64,000 bases of DNA from an uncultured Clostridia bacterium (GCA_947038565.1 CAMQWP010000010.1:765-64764), one strand, 5' to 3'. Positions 40,580 through 51,320 are shown, counted from the first letter of the stretch. Notes: generated by a model from the sequence alone, not told the origin. Numbers and translations: made by a program.

Positions 40580-41215
40580 ATGAAAGAATACAATCAAGTA
40601 GTCGAGCCTTACGTTCATGAGATAATCATTAAGAAGTCAAGATTTATCACCACTCTAATGCCAGTTTCGAGTCGAGAAAACGCGGACACAAAGGTGCAAG
40701 AGATATCAAAGCGTTATAACGATGCTACTCATAATTGCTATTGTTATATATCAAATATCATAGCAACAGAGCAGAGATTTAGTGATAATGGTGAGCCTCA
40801 AGGTACTGCGGGCATACCAATGCTTGAGGTGATAAAAAAGCGTAACATTGTCATGACCTTAGCTGTCGTAACTAGATATTTCGGCGGTGTAAAGCTTGGC
40901 GTCGGTGGGCTTGTTAGAGCATACTCAGATAGTGTTGTGGAAGCGTTAGCAGGTGCTGATGTGAGAAGATTTTTGATGAGTGATGTGTGTTCTTTTGATA
41001 TAAATTACTCGTTATTTCCTCGTGCTGTAGAGCTTATTGAGAAAGCAAATGGAAAGATTATAAGTATCGACTATAATGCTGGTGTCACTATAAATTACGC
41101 TGTGCAATGTGAGAATAATGATGATCTTATCGCAAAGTTGTATGATTATTCGTCTGGTAAGGTGGATATAAAGATATTAAATAAAGAGTATGTTGATTAC
41201 AAACTAGTATTGTAG
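40580..41215 (+). CDS. yigZ: IMPACT/YigZ family protein
   Basis: HNCYCY and GEPQGTAG.PML motifs. Confidence 0.85.
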   Translation: MKEYNQVVEPYVHEIIIKKSRFITTLMPVSSRENADTKVQEISKRYNDATHNCYCYISNIIATEQRFSDNGEPQGTAGIPMLEVIKKRNIVMTLAVVTRYFGGVKLGVGGLVRAYSDSVVEALAGADVRRFLMSDVCSFDINYSLFPRAVELIEKANGKIISIDYNAGVTINYAVQCENNDDLIAKLYDYSSGKVDIKILNKEYVDYKLVL

Positions 41216-41278
41216 ACTTCATACATTATATAAATAACATATGCTAGTATTTACTGGTGTATAGGGAGGATTTTAGAT

Positions 41279-42334
41279 ATGAAAATTACAATGACATCAA
41301 GTGCAAAAGTAAAGCCTGACTTTACAAGTTTAGGATTTGGTAAGTATTTTACTGATCATATGTTGGTTATGGATTATGTAGATGGTAAATGGGGCGAGCT
41401 GGAAATAGTTCCGTTCGATAGTCTTCAGATGAGTCCTGCTACTAATTGTCTTCATTATGCACAAGGTATCTTTGAGGGTGCTAAAGCGTATAAAAATGAT
41501 GAGGGTAAAATCACGGCTTTCCGCCTTAAAGAGAACTTTGCACGTATGAATAGAAGTGCATCAAGAATGTGTATGCCGAACTTTGACGCAGGTAAAGTTA
41601 TCGAAGGGTTAAAAGAATTACTAAATATAGAGAAAGACTGGATACCAAGTGCGTCAGGTACTGCTTTATACATACGTCCTACTATGATCGCTACTGATCC
41701 TATGTTAGGAGTGCATGCGTCACACACATATAAGTTTTTCATTATTCTATCACCAGTCGGTGCGTACTATGCAAATGGTATGAAACCTACTAAAATACTT
41801 GTAGAAGAGAGTTTTGTAAGAGCGTCTATAGGTGGTACTGGCGAAGCTAAATGCATGGGTAATTATGCTGCAAGTTTGCTTGCTAGCGAGATAGCAATAT
41901 CTAAAGGCTATGATCAAGTATTATGGCTAGACGCGAAAGAGCATAAGTATGCGGAAGAAGTCGGAGCGATGAATATGTTTTTTGTTATCGGTAATGAAGT
42001 AGTTACACCTGCATTAGTAGGAAGTATTCTACCTGGTATTACTCGTAAGTCATCTATAGAGTTACTTCGTGCTGAAGGTTATATTGTAACAGAAAGAAGA
42101 ATCTCTATCACAGAGATAGTTGACGCGTATAAGAGTGGCAATCTTAAAGAAGCATTTGGTACAGGCACGGCAGCTGTAGTATCACCAGTAGGTTTAATAG
42201 GTTATGGTGGACATGATATGATTATAAACAATCAGGAAATGGGTTCAATCACTAGTGAGCTATACACAAAACTTACTGATATCCAAAACGGCAGAAGTGA
42301 AGATAAGTTTAATTGGGTAAACAAAATAAACTAA
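41279..42334 (+). CDS. ilvE: branched-chain amino acid aminotransferase
   Basis: Fold-type IV layout, 351 aa, GTGEAKCMGNY and GITR motifs. Confidence 0.92.
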   Translation: MKITMTSSAKVKPDFTSLGFGKYFTDHMLVMDYVDGKWGELEIVPFDSLQMSPATNCLHYAQGIFEGAKAYKNDEGKITAFRLKENFARMNRSASRMCMPNFDAGKVIEGLKELLNIEKDWIPSASGTALYIRPTMIATDPMLGVHASHTYKFFIILSPVGAYYANGMKPTKILVEESFVRASIGGTGEAKCMGNYAASLLASEIAISKGYDQVLWLDAKEHKYAEEVGAMNMFFVIGNEVVTPALVGSILPGITRKSSIELLRAEGYIVTERRISITEIVDAYKSGNLKEAFGTGTAAVVSPVGLIGYGGHDMIINNQEMGSITSELYTKLTDIQNGRSEDKFNWVNKIN

Positions 42335-42363
42335 TTATTTTGTTCTTAAATATATAAAACAAT

Positions 42364-42401
42364 AAAAAAGTAGCTAGGCATTTATTGCTTAGCTTTTTTT
42401 T
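42364..42401 (+). terminator. intrinsic terminator after ilvE
   Basis: AGCTAGGCA/TGCTTAGCT stem followed by T8. Confidence 0.8.
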
Positions 42402-42434
42402 ATTATCTATAATAGAAAGTATAATTATACGTAG

Positions 42435-42477
42435 ATGTATATATGTATATATATTGTATAAATATACATATATACAT
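42435..42477. repeat. 43-bp palindromic element: 16-bp perfect arms ATGTATATATGTATAT / ATATACATATATACAT, 11-nt spacer
   Basis: Read directly from sequence. Confidence 0.9.
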
Positions 42478-42727
42478 TATGTAATACCCATTTGCACATA
42501 ATCAATATTAAATCTTTATGTAGGTTAAGTATAATATTAACGTATTTTCACCAATTTGCATTTTATAGAAACTAATATTATTATGCATATTACAATAATA
42601 AATAACTACTATATACTATAAATATTCAATAATTAGCTATTTTATACAATATTTTATACAATTATACAATATAAGACTATAAATATTACAAATATATACA
42701 TTAAAAGGAAATATTATCTAATTATAC

Positions 42728-42756
42728 TTGCATTATTATACATAATAGTGTATATT
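42728..42756 (+). promoter_or_regulatory. arg operon promoter with overlapping ARG-box-like operator
   Basis: TTGCAT - 17 nt - TATATT; TGCATTATTATACA (42729-42742) matches TGAATWWWWATTCA at 12 of 14 positions. Confidence 0.45.
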
Positions 42757-42806
42757 AGTCATATAGCCAAGAGGCAATATAAAAATAATTATTAATGAGG
42801 TGTATT

Positions 42807-44033
42807 ATGAATAATAAAAAAGATATAAAGAAAGTAGTTTTAGCTTACTCTGGTGGACTTGATACGTCTATCATGATAGCATGGTTAAAAGAGAATTACA
42901 ATAATTGTGAAGTAGTATGTGCTTGCGGTGACGTAGGTCAAGGAAAAGAGCTTACAGGTCTTGAGGAAAAAGCTAAAAAAACTGGTGCTAGTAAGTTGTA
43001 TATAATGGATCTTACAAAAGAGTTTATAGAAGATTATATCTTCCCTACTATAAAAGCTGGTGCAGTGTATGAGAACAAATATTTATTAGGTACGTCATTT
43101 GCTAGACCTGTTATCGGTAAAAAATTGTGCGAAATTGCAATTGCTGAAGGTGCTGACGCTATCTGTCATGGTTGCACTGGTAAAGGTAATGATCAAGTAA
43201 GATTTGAGCTAGCGGTTAAAGCGTTTTGCCCAGAGATGGAGATAATAGCTCCTTGGAGAATATGGGATATTAAGTCAAGAGAGGAAGAAATTGAGTATGC
43301 TGAAGCACACGGAATTCATCTTTCTTTAACTAAAGAGACAAACTACTCAAAAGATAAGAATATTTGGCATTTATCTCATGAGGGACTAGACTTAGAGTTC
43401 CCAGCAAATGAGCCTGATTATGATAAAATACTTGAGTTAGGTGTGACTCCAGAGAATGCTCCAGATGTAGCAACTTACGTGACTATCGGTTTTGAAAAAG
43501 GTAATCCTGTAAGTATCGACGGAAAAATGCTAGACGGTGTATCACTACTTACTCAACTAAATGATATCGGCGGTAAAAATGGTATTGGTATAGCGGATAT
43601 AGTAGAAAATAGGCTTGTTGGCATGAAGTCAAGAGGTGTATATGAGACTCCAGGTGGTAGTATTTTATATCATGCACATGAAGTATTAGAGTCATTATGT
43701 CTTGATAAAGAAACTCAGCATTATAAGCAATTAATAGCATTGAAATTTGCTGAATTGGTCTATAATGGTCAATGGTTCACACCACTTAGAGAGGCTTTAA
43801 GTGCATTTGTAGATAGCTCTCAAGAGCCAGTAAATGGTACAGTTAAACTTAAACTTTATAAAGGTAATATCATAAATGCTGGTACAGCGTCACCTAACTC
43901 ATTATACAGTGAGCAAATAGCTACTTTTGAGAAAGACGATGTGTATGATCAGTTTGATGCTAATGGATTTATTAATTTATTTGGCTTGCCAACTAAGGTT
44001 AAGGCACTTATGGATAAAGGCTTATTGAAATAA
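42807..44033 (+). CDS. argG: argininosuccinate synthase
   Basis: AYSGGLDTS and [13 protein letters not shown] motifs. Confidence 0.97.
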   Translation: MNNKKDIKKVVLAYSGGLDTSIMIAWLKENYNNCEVVCACGDVGQGKELTGLEEKAKKTGASKLYIMDLTKEFIEDYIFPTIKAGAVYENKYLLGTSFARPVIGKKLCEIAIAEGADAICHGCTGKGNDQVRFELAVKAFCPEMEIIAPWRIWDIKSREEEIEYAEAHGIHLSLTKETNYSKDKNIWHLSHEGLDLEFPANEPDYDKILELGVTPENAPDVATYVTIGFEKGNPVSIDGKMLDGVSLLTQLNDIGGKNGIGIADIVENRLVGMKSRGVYETPGGSILYHAHEVLESLCLDKETQHYKQLIALKFAELVYNGQWFTPLREALSAFVDSSQEPVNGTVKLKLYKGNIINAGTASPNSLYSEQIATFEKDDVYDQFDANGFINLFGLPTKVKALMDKGLLK

Positions 44034-44101
44034 ATAACTATATTGATATTTTCCGCAGCTAGTCAGTTTCGGAAGGTATCTAATAATATTAGGAGATAAT
44101 T

Positions 44102-45484
44102 ATGGCTAAAATGTGGGCGGGTAGGTTTAAAAAAGAGTTAGATAGCGAGGTAAATGCTTTTAATAGCTCTATAAGTTTTGACTACCGCATGTATAGTGAG
44201 GATATAAAAGGTAGTATCGCACATGCGACAATGCTTGAGGCAGTAGGTGTGATAACAAAAACTGATTATATTAGTATTGTGGACGGTTTAAGCGGTATTA
44301 AGTATGATATTGAAAGCGGTTCATTACAATTTGATATGACTGCTGAAGACATACATATGTTTATAGAAAGTGAGCTTACAAGCCGTATAGGTGACGCGGG
44401 TAAAAGACTGCACACTGCTAGAAGTCGTAATGATCAAGTTGCACTCGATATGCGTATGTATCTAATGAGTATGATGAGCGATATAAAAGATCAACTGTGT
44501 GCTTTAATTACAGTAATTGCTGATATGGCGACGTTGCATACAGATACGATCATGGCTGGATATACTCACTTGCAACGAGCTCAACCTGTCACTTTTGCTC
44601 ACCATTTAATGGCTTATGCGGAGATGTTTCTTCGTGATTATGACAGAGCTGATGATAGTATATCTCGTGCAAATAGTTTGCCTTTAGGTGCGTGTGCTTT
44701 AGCGACTACTACTTATCCTATAGATAGATATATGGTAGCAAAATTACTTGATTTTGATAAAGTGTGTGCAAATAGCTTGGATGCCGTGTCAGATAGGGAT
44801 TTTTGCCTAGAGATGTCAAGTGTACTATCTATAATCATGGTTCATTTATCTAGGTTTTCAGAGGAAATAATACTTTGGTGTACTAGCGAATTTAAATACA
44901 TTGATCTTGATGATGCATTTGCGACAGGCAGTAGTATTATGCCACAGAAAAAAAATCCAGACATAGCTGAGCTTGTACGTGGTAAATCGGGTAGGGTTAT
45001 CGGCGATAATATGACATTACTTACTATGATGAAAGGTCTACCACTTGCTTACAATAAAGATATGCAAGAGGATAAAGAGGCAATATTTGACGCTTTTGAT
45101 ACTACATCATTATGCCTAAAGACGTTTGCTCCTATGCTTGCGAGTATTAAAGTTAATGTCAAGAATATGCGTGATAAGGCTTCGTTAGGGTTTATAAATG
45201 CAACTGATTGTGCTGATTATTTAGTAGGAAAAGGTGTCGCTTTTAGAGATGCATACAAAATCACTGGCGAGTTGGTCGCTTTATGTATAGATAATGCATG
45301 TGATCTTGAGACACTATCGCTTTCTGATTATCAGAGAATTTCTAACATATTTGATGATGGTATATATGACGCTATCAGCTTAGAAACTTGCCTATGCAAT
45401 AGAAATGTCTATGGCGGGCCTAGTGAAGAACAAGTATCTAGACAAGTATCTATATTGAAAAATAAATTAAAGGTAATGATTTAA
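44102..45484 (+). CDS. argH: argininosuccinate lyase
   Basis: Fumarate-lyase signature GSSIMPQKKNPD. Confidence 0.97.
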   Translation: MAKMWAGRFKKELDSEVNAFNSSISFDYRMYSEDIKGSIAHATMLEAVGVITKTDYISIVDGLSGIKYDIESGSLQFDMTAEDIHMFIESELTSRIGDAGKRLHTARSRNDQVALDMRMYLMSMMSDIKDQLCALITVIADMATLHTDTIMAGYTHLQRAQPVTFAHHLMAYAEMFLRDYDRADDSISRANSLPLGACALATTTYPIDRYMVAKLLDFDKVCANSLDAVSDRDFCLEMSSVLSIIMVHLSRFSEEIILWCTSEFKYIDLDDAFATGSSIMPQKKNPDIAELVRGKSGRVIGDNMTLLTMMKGLPLAYNKDMQEDKEAIFDAFDTTSLCLKTFAPMLASIKVNVKNMRDKASLGFINATDCADYLVGKGVAFRDAYKITGELVALCIDNACDLETLSLSDYQRISNIFDDGIYDAISLETCLCNRNVYGGPSEEQVSRQVSILKNKLKVMI

Positions 45485-45485
45485 T

Positions 45486-46526
45486 ATGAAAAAAATAAAT
45501 GTAGGTATAATCGGTGCTACTGGTTATGGTGGAGTAGAGCTTGTAAGGTTATTGCATTCTCATCCAAATGCTCAACTTGTTGCGGTATCAAGCGTTAGTT
45601 TTGCAGGTAAAAAAATAAGTGATATATATGGTAACCTAAAGGGTATTGTAGATAAAGTACTTACTACTGAAGATACTGTTATCACTAGTAGTGATGTTGT
45701 ATTTGCAGCATTGCCTCATGGACTATCTGAGATTATTGCGAGTAAATGTCGAGAGAAAAATACAATCTTAATAGATTTAGGTGCAGACTTTAGACTTGAT
45801 GACGAGGCGGAGTATAAGAAATGGTACGGTATTGGCTTTGAAGATAAGAGTTTGCATGAATGTAGTGTGTATTGCATACCAGAATTGCATAGGGAGAAGG
45901 TGGATAAATCATGCAAAATCATAGCAAACCCTGGTTGTTATCCTACTAGTGTAGCTTTAGGTCTAGCACCGCTTGCAAAGTTAGGTATACTATCTCCTAA
46001 TGGCATAGTTATAGACAGTAAGTCGGGCGTAACTGGTGCGGGTAGATCGCTTAGTGATGGTACTCATTACCCTGAAGTAAATGGTAATTTCAATGCTTAC
46101 AAAGTGGCGTGTCATCGTCACACGCCAGAGATAGAGCAAACTTTATCTGAGCTGTGTGGAAGCCCAGCACTTGTTACATTCGTGCCTCATTTACTACCTG
46201 TTAATCGTGGTATATTATCTACTATATACGCAACTGCTGATATACATAGTGTTGAGCAATTGCATGAAATATACAGTAACTTCTACCGAAATGAGCAATT
46301 TGTTAGAGTGCTTAATATCGGAGATGAAGCGTGCATTAAGAATGTTGCTATGAGTAATTACTGTGACATATCAGTGCATTTTGACAAGCGGTGCGGTAAG
46401 GTAATTATAACGTCATGTATTGATAATATGATTAAAGGTGCTGCGGGACAAGCTATTCAGAATATGAATATCTTATTTGGACTAGACGAAACATCGGGAC
46501 TTGACTTGATCTCTCCCGCGTTCTAA
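45486..46526 (+). CDS. argC: N-acetyl-gamma-glutamyl-phosphate reductase
   Basis: GATGYGG and active-site NPGCYPT. Confidence 0.96.
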   Translation: MKKINVGIIGATGYGGVELVRLLHSHPNAQLVAVSSVSFAGKKISDIYGNLKGIVDKVLTTEDTVITSSDVVFAALPHGLSEIIASKCREKNTILIDLGADFRLDDEAEYKKWYGIGFEDKSLHECSVYCIPELHREKVDKSCKIIANPGCYPTSVALGLAPLAKLGILSPNGIVIDSKSGVTGAGRSLSDGTHYPEVNGNFNAYKVACHRHTPEIEQTLSELCGSPALVTFVPHLLPVNRGILSTIYATADIHSVEQLHEIYSNFYRNEQFVRVLNIGDEACIKNVAMSNYCDISVHFDKRCGKVIITSCIDNMIKGAAGQAIQNMNILFGLDETSGLDLISPAF

Positions 46527-46541
46527 TATGAAAGGAGCAAA

Positions 46542-47759
46542 ATGATTAATTATATAATAGGTGGTATTACTGCACCGAAAGGCTATAAGGCTAATGGTAT
46601 GCACTGTGGGATTAGGAAAAATAAGAGCAAACTCGACATTGGTCTATTAGTCAGTGACGTTATAGCAAATGTTGGGTCTGTACATACACAAAATAAAGTA
46701 ATCGGTGCACCTAATATTGTGACAAAATCAAATCTTGTAGACGGGTTAGCTAGGGCGATAATTTGCAATAGTGGAAACGCTAATACTTGCAATGCGGACG
46801 GGGTGGAAAAAGCTGAGCAAATGTGCGAGCTAGTGAGTTTGTCTACGGGTATCAAGGCTTGTGATGTGATAGTCGCTAGTACTGGAGTTATCGGTCAGAT
46901 CCTGCCTATAGAACCAATCGCAACAATAATGCCTGAGCTTGTGTCGGGGCTAAATGTATGTGGTAGTAATGATATGGCACATGCGATCATGACTACTGAT
47001 ACTATCAAGAAAGAGTATGCTGTTGAGTTTGATATAGATGGAGTTACTTGCAAGATCGGAGCTATCGCAAAAGGTAGCGGCATGATACATCCAAATATGG
47101 CGACAATGCTGTCTTTTATAACTACTGATGTAGCTATTTCTTCTGATCTATTGCAAGAAATGCTTAAAAATGTAGTTGACAGTACTGTAAATATGGTATC
47201 AGTTGACGGAGATACATCTACTAACGATATGATGGTAATTATGGCTAATGGTTTAGCTGGTAATGTATTAATTGACAGTAGGGATGATAGTTATAATACT
47301 TTTTATACGGCACTTACTGACATACTTACAAATATATCAAAAGACTTAGCGAGTGATGGAGAGGGTGCAACTAAATTATTAGAATGTAACGTGCGTGGCG
47401 GAGAAGATTTAGTTACATGTAGGGTTATAGCAAAGAGTGTTATCACTAGTAATCTACTAAAAGCTGCTATGTTTGCGAGTGACGCAAATTGGGGAAGGAT
47501 ACTATGTGCTATAGGCTATGCTGATGCTGAATTTGATATTTGCAGAGTAGAAGTAGTGTTAAGGTCAGAGTTCGGGTCACTAAAAGTCTGCGAGAATGGA
47601 GCTGGCATTGAATTTGATGAGGATTATGCGTATAAAGTTCTTAACTCAAAGATTGTAAATATAGATGTGAAGATCGGTGATAGTGCTATTAATGCGACTG
47701 CTTGGGGCTGTGATCTAACTTATGATTATGTTAAAATCAACGCTGATTATAGAACCTAA
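46542..47759 (+). CDS. argJ: bifunctional ornithine acetyltransferase / N-acetylglutamate synthase
   Basis: Autoprocessing site PNMATMLSFITTD. Confidence 0.95.
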   Translation: MINYIIGGITAPKGYKANGMHCGIRKNKSKLDIGLLVSDVIANVGSVHTQNKVIGAPNIVTKSNLVDGLARAIICNSGNANTCNADGVEKAEQMCELVSLSTGIKACDVIVASTGVIGQILPIEPIATIMPELVSGLNVCGSNDMAHAIMTTDTIKKEYAVEFDIDGVTCKIGAIAKGSGMIHPNMATMLSFITTDVAISSDLLQEMLKNVVDSTVNMVSVDGDTSTNDMMVIMANGLAGNVLIDSRDDSYNTFYTALTDILTNISKDLASDGEGATKLLECNVRGGEDLVTCRVIAKSVITSNLLKAAMFASDANWGRILCAIGYADAEFDICRVEVVLRSEFGSLKVCENGAGIEFDEDYAYKVLNSKIVNIDVKIGDSAINATAWGCDLTYDYVKINADYRT

Positions 47760-47770
47760 TGGAGGGTATT

Positions 47771-48631
47771 ATGGAAAAGATTTCATACAAAGATAAAGCT
47801 AATATATTAATAGATGCATTACCGTACATTCAAAGATATCATAATAAGGTTATCGTTGTAAAATACGGCGGAAATGCTATGGTAAATGAAGAAATTAAAG
47901 ACTGTGTTATGCGTGATATCGTTATGCTTAATACTATCGGAGTGAAAGTAGTGCTTGTACACGGTGGTGGACCCGAGATCAATGATATGTTAAAACGTCT
48001 TGATATAGAAAGCAAGTTCATAAATGGTCTTAGATATACTTCAAAAGAGACTGCTGAAGTGGTTCAAATGGTGCTTGCGGGTAAGGTTAATAAATCGCTT
48101 GTATCATTGCTTGGTCACCACGGCGGTAGAGCGATCGGGCTATGCGGTATGGACGCAGGTCTTATAAAGGCTAAAAAGCTAGATAATGGTACTGACCTAG
48201 GTAATGTTGGAGAGATAATTGATGTGGATATTACTTGCATTACCGACGCCCTAGATAATGGATATATACCAGTAATAGCAACTGTTGCTAGCGGTGATGA
48301 TGGCGAGATATTTAATATCAATGCTGATACTGCAACGTCAGTGATATCAAGTGCACTTAAAGCTAGTAATATGATCCTTATGACTGATATTAAAGGTCTT
48401 TTAAGGGATAAAGATGATGAATCAACACTTATCCCCGAGGTGGCATTAAGCGAAGTAAGCTCGCTTAAAAAATCTGGTGTAATAAGCGGTGGTATGATCC
48501 CAAAGATAGATTGTTGTGTGGACGCAGTCAGAAGAGGTGTCGGACAAGCACTTATTATTGATGGACGTATACCTCATTCGATACTGATAGAAGTATTGAC
48601 TAATGAGGGTGCTGGTACGTTATTTAAATAG
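47771..48631 (+). CDS. argB: acetylglutamate kinase
   Basis: VVKYGGNAM and VHGGGP motifs; ATG 47771 after GGAGGG. Confidence 0.95.
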   Translation: MEKISYKDKANILIDALPYIQRYHNKVIVVKYGGNAMVNEEIKDCVMRDIVMLNTIGVKVVLVHGGGPEINDMLKRLDIESKFINGLRYTSKETAEVVQMVLAGKVNKSLVSLLGHHGGRAIGLCGMDAGLIKAKKLDNGTDLGNVGEIIDVDITCITDALDNGYIPVIATVASGDDGEIFNINADTATSVISSALKASNMILMTDIKGLLRDKDDESTLIPEVALSEVSSLKKSGVISGGMIPKIDCCVDAVRRGVGQALIIDGRIPHSILIEVLTNEGAGTLFK

Positions 48632-48669
48632 TATAAACATGGAAAATACGCGGTGGGGAGAGTAGAATT

Positions 48670-49848
48670 ATGGATATAAAGCAAAAAGACAAGAATTACA
48701 TTGCAAATACTTATAATAGAAGCGATCTAGTTATAGTTGGCGGAAGCGGATCTACATGCGTTGATTTGTGTGGTAGAGAGTTGATAGATTTCGGTAGCGG
48801 TATTGGAGTCAATTCGCTTGGCTATGCCGATAAAGAGTGGAGCAGTGCTATATCAAATCAATCGAGCATGCTCCAGCATACAAGTAACCTATATTACACT
48901 TTGCCTTGTGTGGAAGTTGCGGAGTTGCTTGTGGAAAATACTTATTGTAAAAAAGTCTTTTTTGCAAATAGTGGTGCTGAATCGGTGGAATGTGCTATAA
49001 AGACGGCTAGAAAATACAGTTATGACAAGTACGGTAAAGGTAGGAATACTATCATTACTCTGAAAGGTTCTTTTCATGGTCGAACAATGTCGGCACTTAC
49101 TGCGACTGGTCAAGACGTTTTTCATGACTTTTTCTTTCCTTTTGATAGTGGTTTTTTATATGCTGAGCCGAATAATATATATAGTATAGCATCTATGCTA
49201 AATGATAGTATTTGTGCTATAATGATAGAGCTAGTACAGGGCGAAGGCGGAGTTAATGTGCTGGATTATGAGTATGTGCAAGCTATTAGCAGTATATGCA
49301 AAGATTGCGATATGCTACTTATCGTGGATGAAGTGCAGACAGGTATTGGCAGGACTGGTACACTTCTTGCTAGTGAACAATACGATATGACCCCTGATAT
49401 AACTACTCTTGCAAAGGGGCTTGGCGGTGGACTTCCTATAGGCGCATGTCTACTTGGTGATAAAGTAGAGGATACTTTAGGATATAGTCATCACGGTACA
49501 ACTTACGGCGGTAATCCTATAGTGTGTAGTGGTGCGAAAGTTGTGCTAGAGCGTGTGCTTAATACAGATCTATTAGCTGATGTAAAAGTGAAGCGTGACT
49601 ATATAAATAGTAGGCTAGCACGTGTGACTGAGGTGAAAAATATTACAGGCTTAGGACTTATGATAGGCGTAGAACTTACCTCTAAGCAAGCATCAAATGT
49701 AGCAAAAGCATGTTTGGATAAAGGCTTAATAGTTCTTACAGCAAAAGATAAGATAAGACTACTACCACCGCTAAATATTAGCATGGCAGAACTTGAGATA
49801 GGTATGGATATATTAGTAGACGTACTTGAAAATAAGGAGAAAATATGA
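48670..49848 (+). CDS. argD: acetylornithine aminotransferase
   Basis: Class III aminotransferase: FANSGAESVE, DEVQTGIGRTG, TLAKGLGGG. Confidence 0.93.
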   Translation: MDIKQKDKNYIANTYNRSDLVIVGGSGSTCVDLCGRELIDFGSGIGVNSLGYADKEWSSAISNQSSMLQHTSNLYYTLPCVEVAELLVENTYCKKVFFANSGAESVECAIKTARKYSYDKYGKGRNTIITLKGSFHGRTMSALTATGQDVFHDFFFPFDSGFLYAEPNNIYSIASMLNDSICAIMIELVQGEGGVNVLDYEYVQAISSICKDCDMLLIVDEVQTGIGRTGTLLASEQYDMTPDITTLAKGLGGGLPIGACLLGDKVEDTLGYSHHGTTYGGNPIVCSGAKVVLERVLNTDLLADVKVKRDYINSRLARVTEVKNITGLGLMIGVELTSKQASNVAKACLDKGLIVLTAKDKIRLLPPLNISMAELEIGMDILVDVLENKEKI

Positions 49849-50762
49849 AACATTTACTTAAAATGTCAAATATGACAAAAGAGCAAATTATAAAGTTATT
49901 AGATATAGCTGATCAATTAAAATATGATCTTAAGCATGGTATCGAGCATAAGCACCTTGCCGGCAAGTCGCTAGGCATGATATTTCAAAAGTCATCAACT
50001 CGTACAAGGGTATCTTTTGAGGTGGGTATGTATCAGCTAGGCGGTCAGGCATTGTTCTTATCAAGTCGTGACTTACAGATCGGTAGAGGCGAGCCGATAG
50101 AAGATACTGCGAGAGTATTGTCAAGGTATTTAGATGGTATTATGATAAGAACTTATGCACAGCAAGAAGTTGATGATCTAGCTACTTATGGTAGTATTCC
50201 TATTATAAATGGTCTTACGGACTTTGCACATCCATGTCAAGTACTAGCTGATCTTATGACTATAAGAGAGTATAAGGGCAGTTTTGAAGGGCTAAAGATG
50301 ACGTATATCGGTGATGGTAATAATATGGCTAATTCACTTATCGTTGGAGGTTTATTAGTTGGTATGAGAGTATCTATCGCGTGTCCACTTGGTTATCAGC
50401 CTAGTGATGATATAATAAAGTATGCAAGCAAGTATGGTGATAACTTCACATTAACTGATTGTGTCAAGACTGCTGTATGCGGTGCTGATGTAGTTATCAC
50501 TGACGTATGGGCGTCAATGGGGCAAGAAGGCGAGCAAGATATAAGAAAGAAGGCATTTGCTGGTTATCAAATAAACAATACCTTGCTAAGCGTGGCGAAT
50601 GATGGTGCCATGGTACTTCATTGCTTGCCTGCACATAGAGGCGAGGAGATATCTGCTGAAACCCTAGAGTCGCACCAGACGGAAATATTCGATGAGGCAG
50701 AAAATAGGCTTCATGCACAAAAAGCTGTGCTTTGCATGACTATGAGTGATAAATTTAACTGA
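49845..50762 (+). CDS. argF: ornithine carbamoyltransferase
   Basis: STRTR, HPCQ, HCLP motifs. Confidence 0.95.
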   Translation: MKHLLKMSNMTKEQIIKLLDIADQLKYDLKHGIEHKHLAGKSLGMIFQKSSTRTRVSFEVGMYQLGGQALFLSSRDLQIGRGEPIEDTARVLSRYLDGIMIRTYAQQEVDDLATYGSIPIINGLTDFAHPCQVLADLMTIREYKGSFEGLKMTYIGDGNNMANSLIVGGLLVGMRVSIACPLGYQPSDDIIKYASKYGDNFTLTDCVKTAVCGADVVITDVWASMGQEGEQDIRKKAFAGYQINNTLLSVANDGAMVLHCLPAHRGEEISAETLESHQTEIFDEAENRLHAQKAVLCMTMSDKFN

Positions 50763-50838
50763 ACTACTGATAAATCAAATATGTAAGGGTATATTCAATA
50801 GTTAAGACATATGATAATACGTAAGGTAATAAATAAAC

Positions 50839-50872
50839 AAAAAAGCTACGGTGTAATACCGTAGCTTTTTTA
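50839..50872. terminator. intrinsic terminator after argF (bidirectional geometry)
   Basis: AGCTACGG/CCGTAGCT stem flanked by A-run and T6. Confidence 0.8.
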
Positions 50873-50994
50873 ATAGAATTTAAATTGATGAGATTATTTT
50901 GATATAATAATATAAATATACACTATATTATCAATAATGTGTATTATAATACTTGATATCATATCAAAAGTAGTGTATAATATATCAGTATAAC

Positions 50995-51024
50995 GCAAAA
51001 TAGACGTCACCAATGGTAACGCCT
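50995..51024 (-). terminator. terminator of rpsT
   Basis: Minus strand 10-bp stem AGGCGTTACC/GGTGACGTCT (two G-U) followed by ATTTTG. Confidence 0.5.
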
Positions 51025-51044
51025 AAGCATATTTTAAAAATAGA

Positions 51045-51320
51045 TTAAGCCTTTATAGCTTTAGCTTTATCAAGAGCTATGTTAAGTCTTGAAATCTTTC
51101 TACTTGCTGTGTTAGCAGGGTAGATGCCGTCGCTTTTAGCACGATTAATTAAAGAGATAGTCTCTCTTAATAATTCCTCAGCTTTTACGATTTCGTTGTT
51201 TGTTACTGCAAGATTGTAAGCTTTAACACTGTTTCTAACACGTGTACGTTTTGCACAGTTCACTGCGTTAGCCTTATCGTTAGTTAATACTCTTTTCTTT
51301 TGAGATTTAATATTAGGCAC
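51045..51320 (-). CDS. rpsT: 30S ribosomal protein S20
   Basis: 91 aa, MPNIKSQKKR N-terminus. Confidence 0.95.
   Translation of the reverse strand: MPNIKSQKKRVLTNDKANAVNCAKRTRVRNSVKAYNLAVTNNEIVKAEELLRETISLINRAKSDGIYPANTASRKISRLNIALDKAKAIKA

Noticed and set aside
50880-51000. Short palindromes (TTGATATCATATCAA, ATACAC...GTGTAT) between argF and rpsT
   Set aside because: They are short AT-rich inverted repeats of a kind expected by chance in this composition. They have no associated promoter or terminator logic that I could support.
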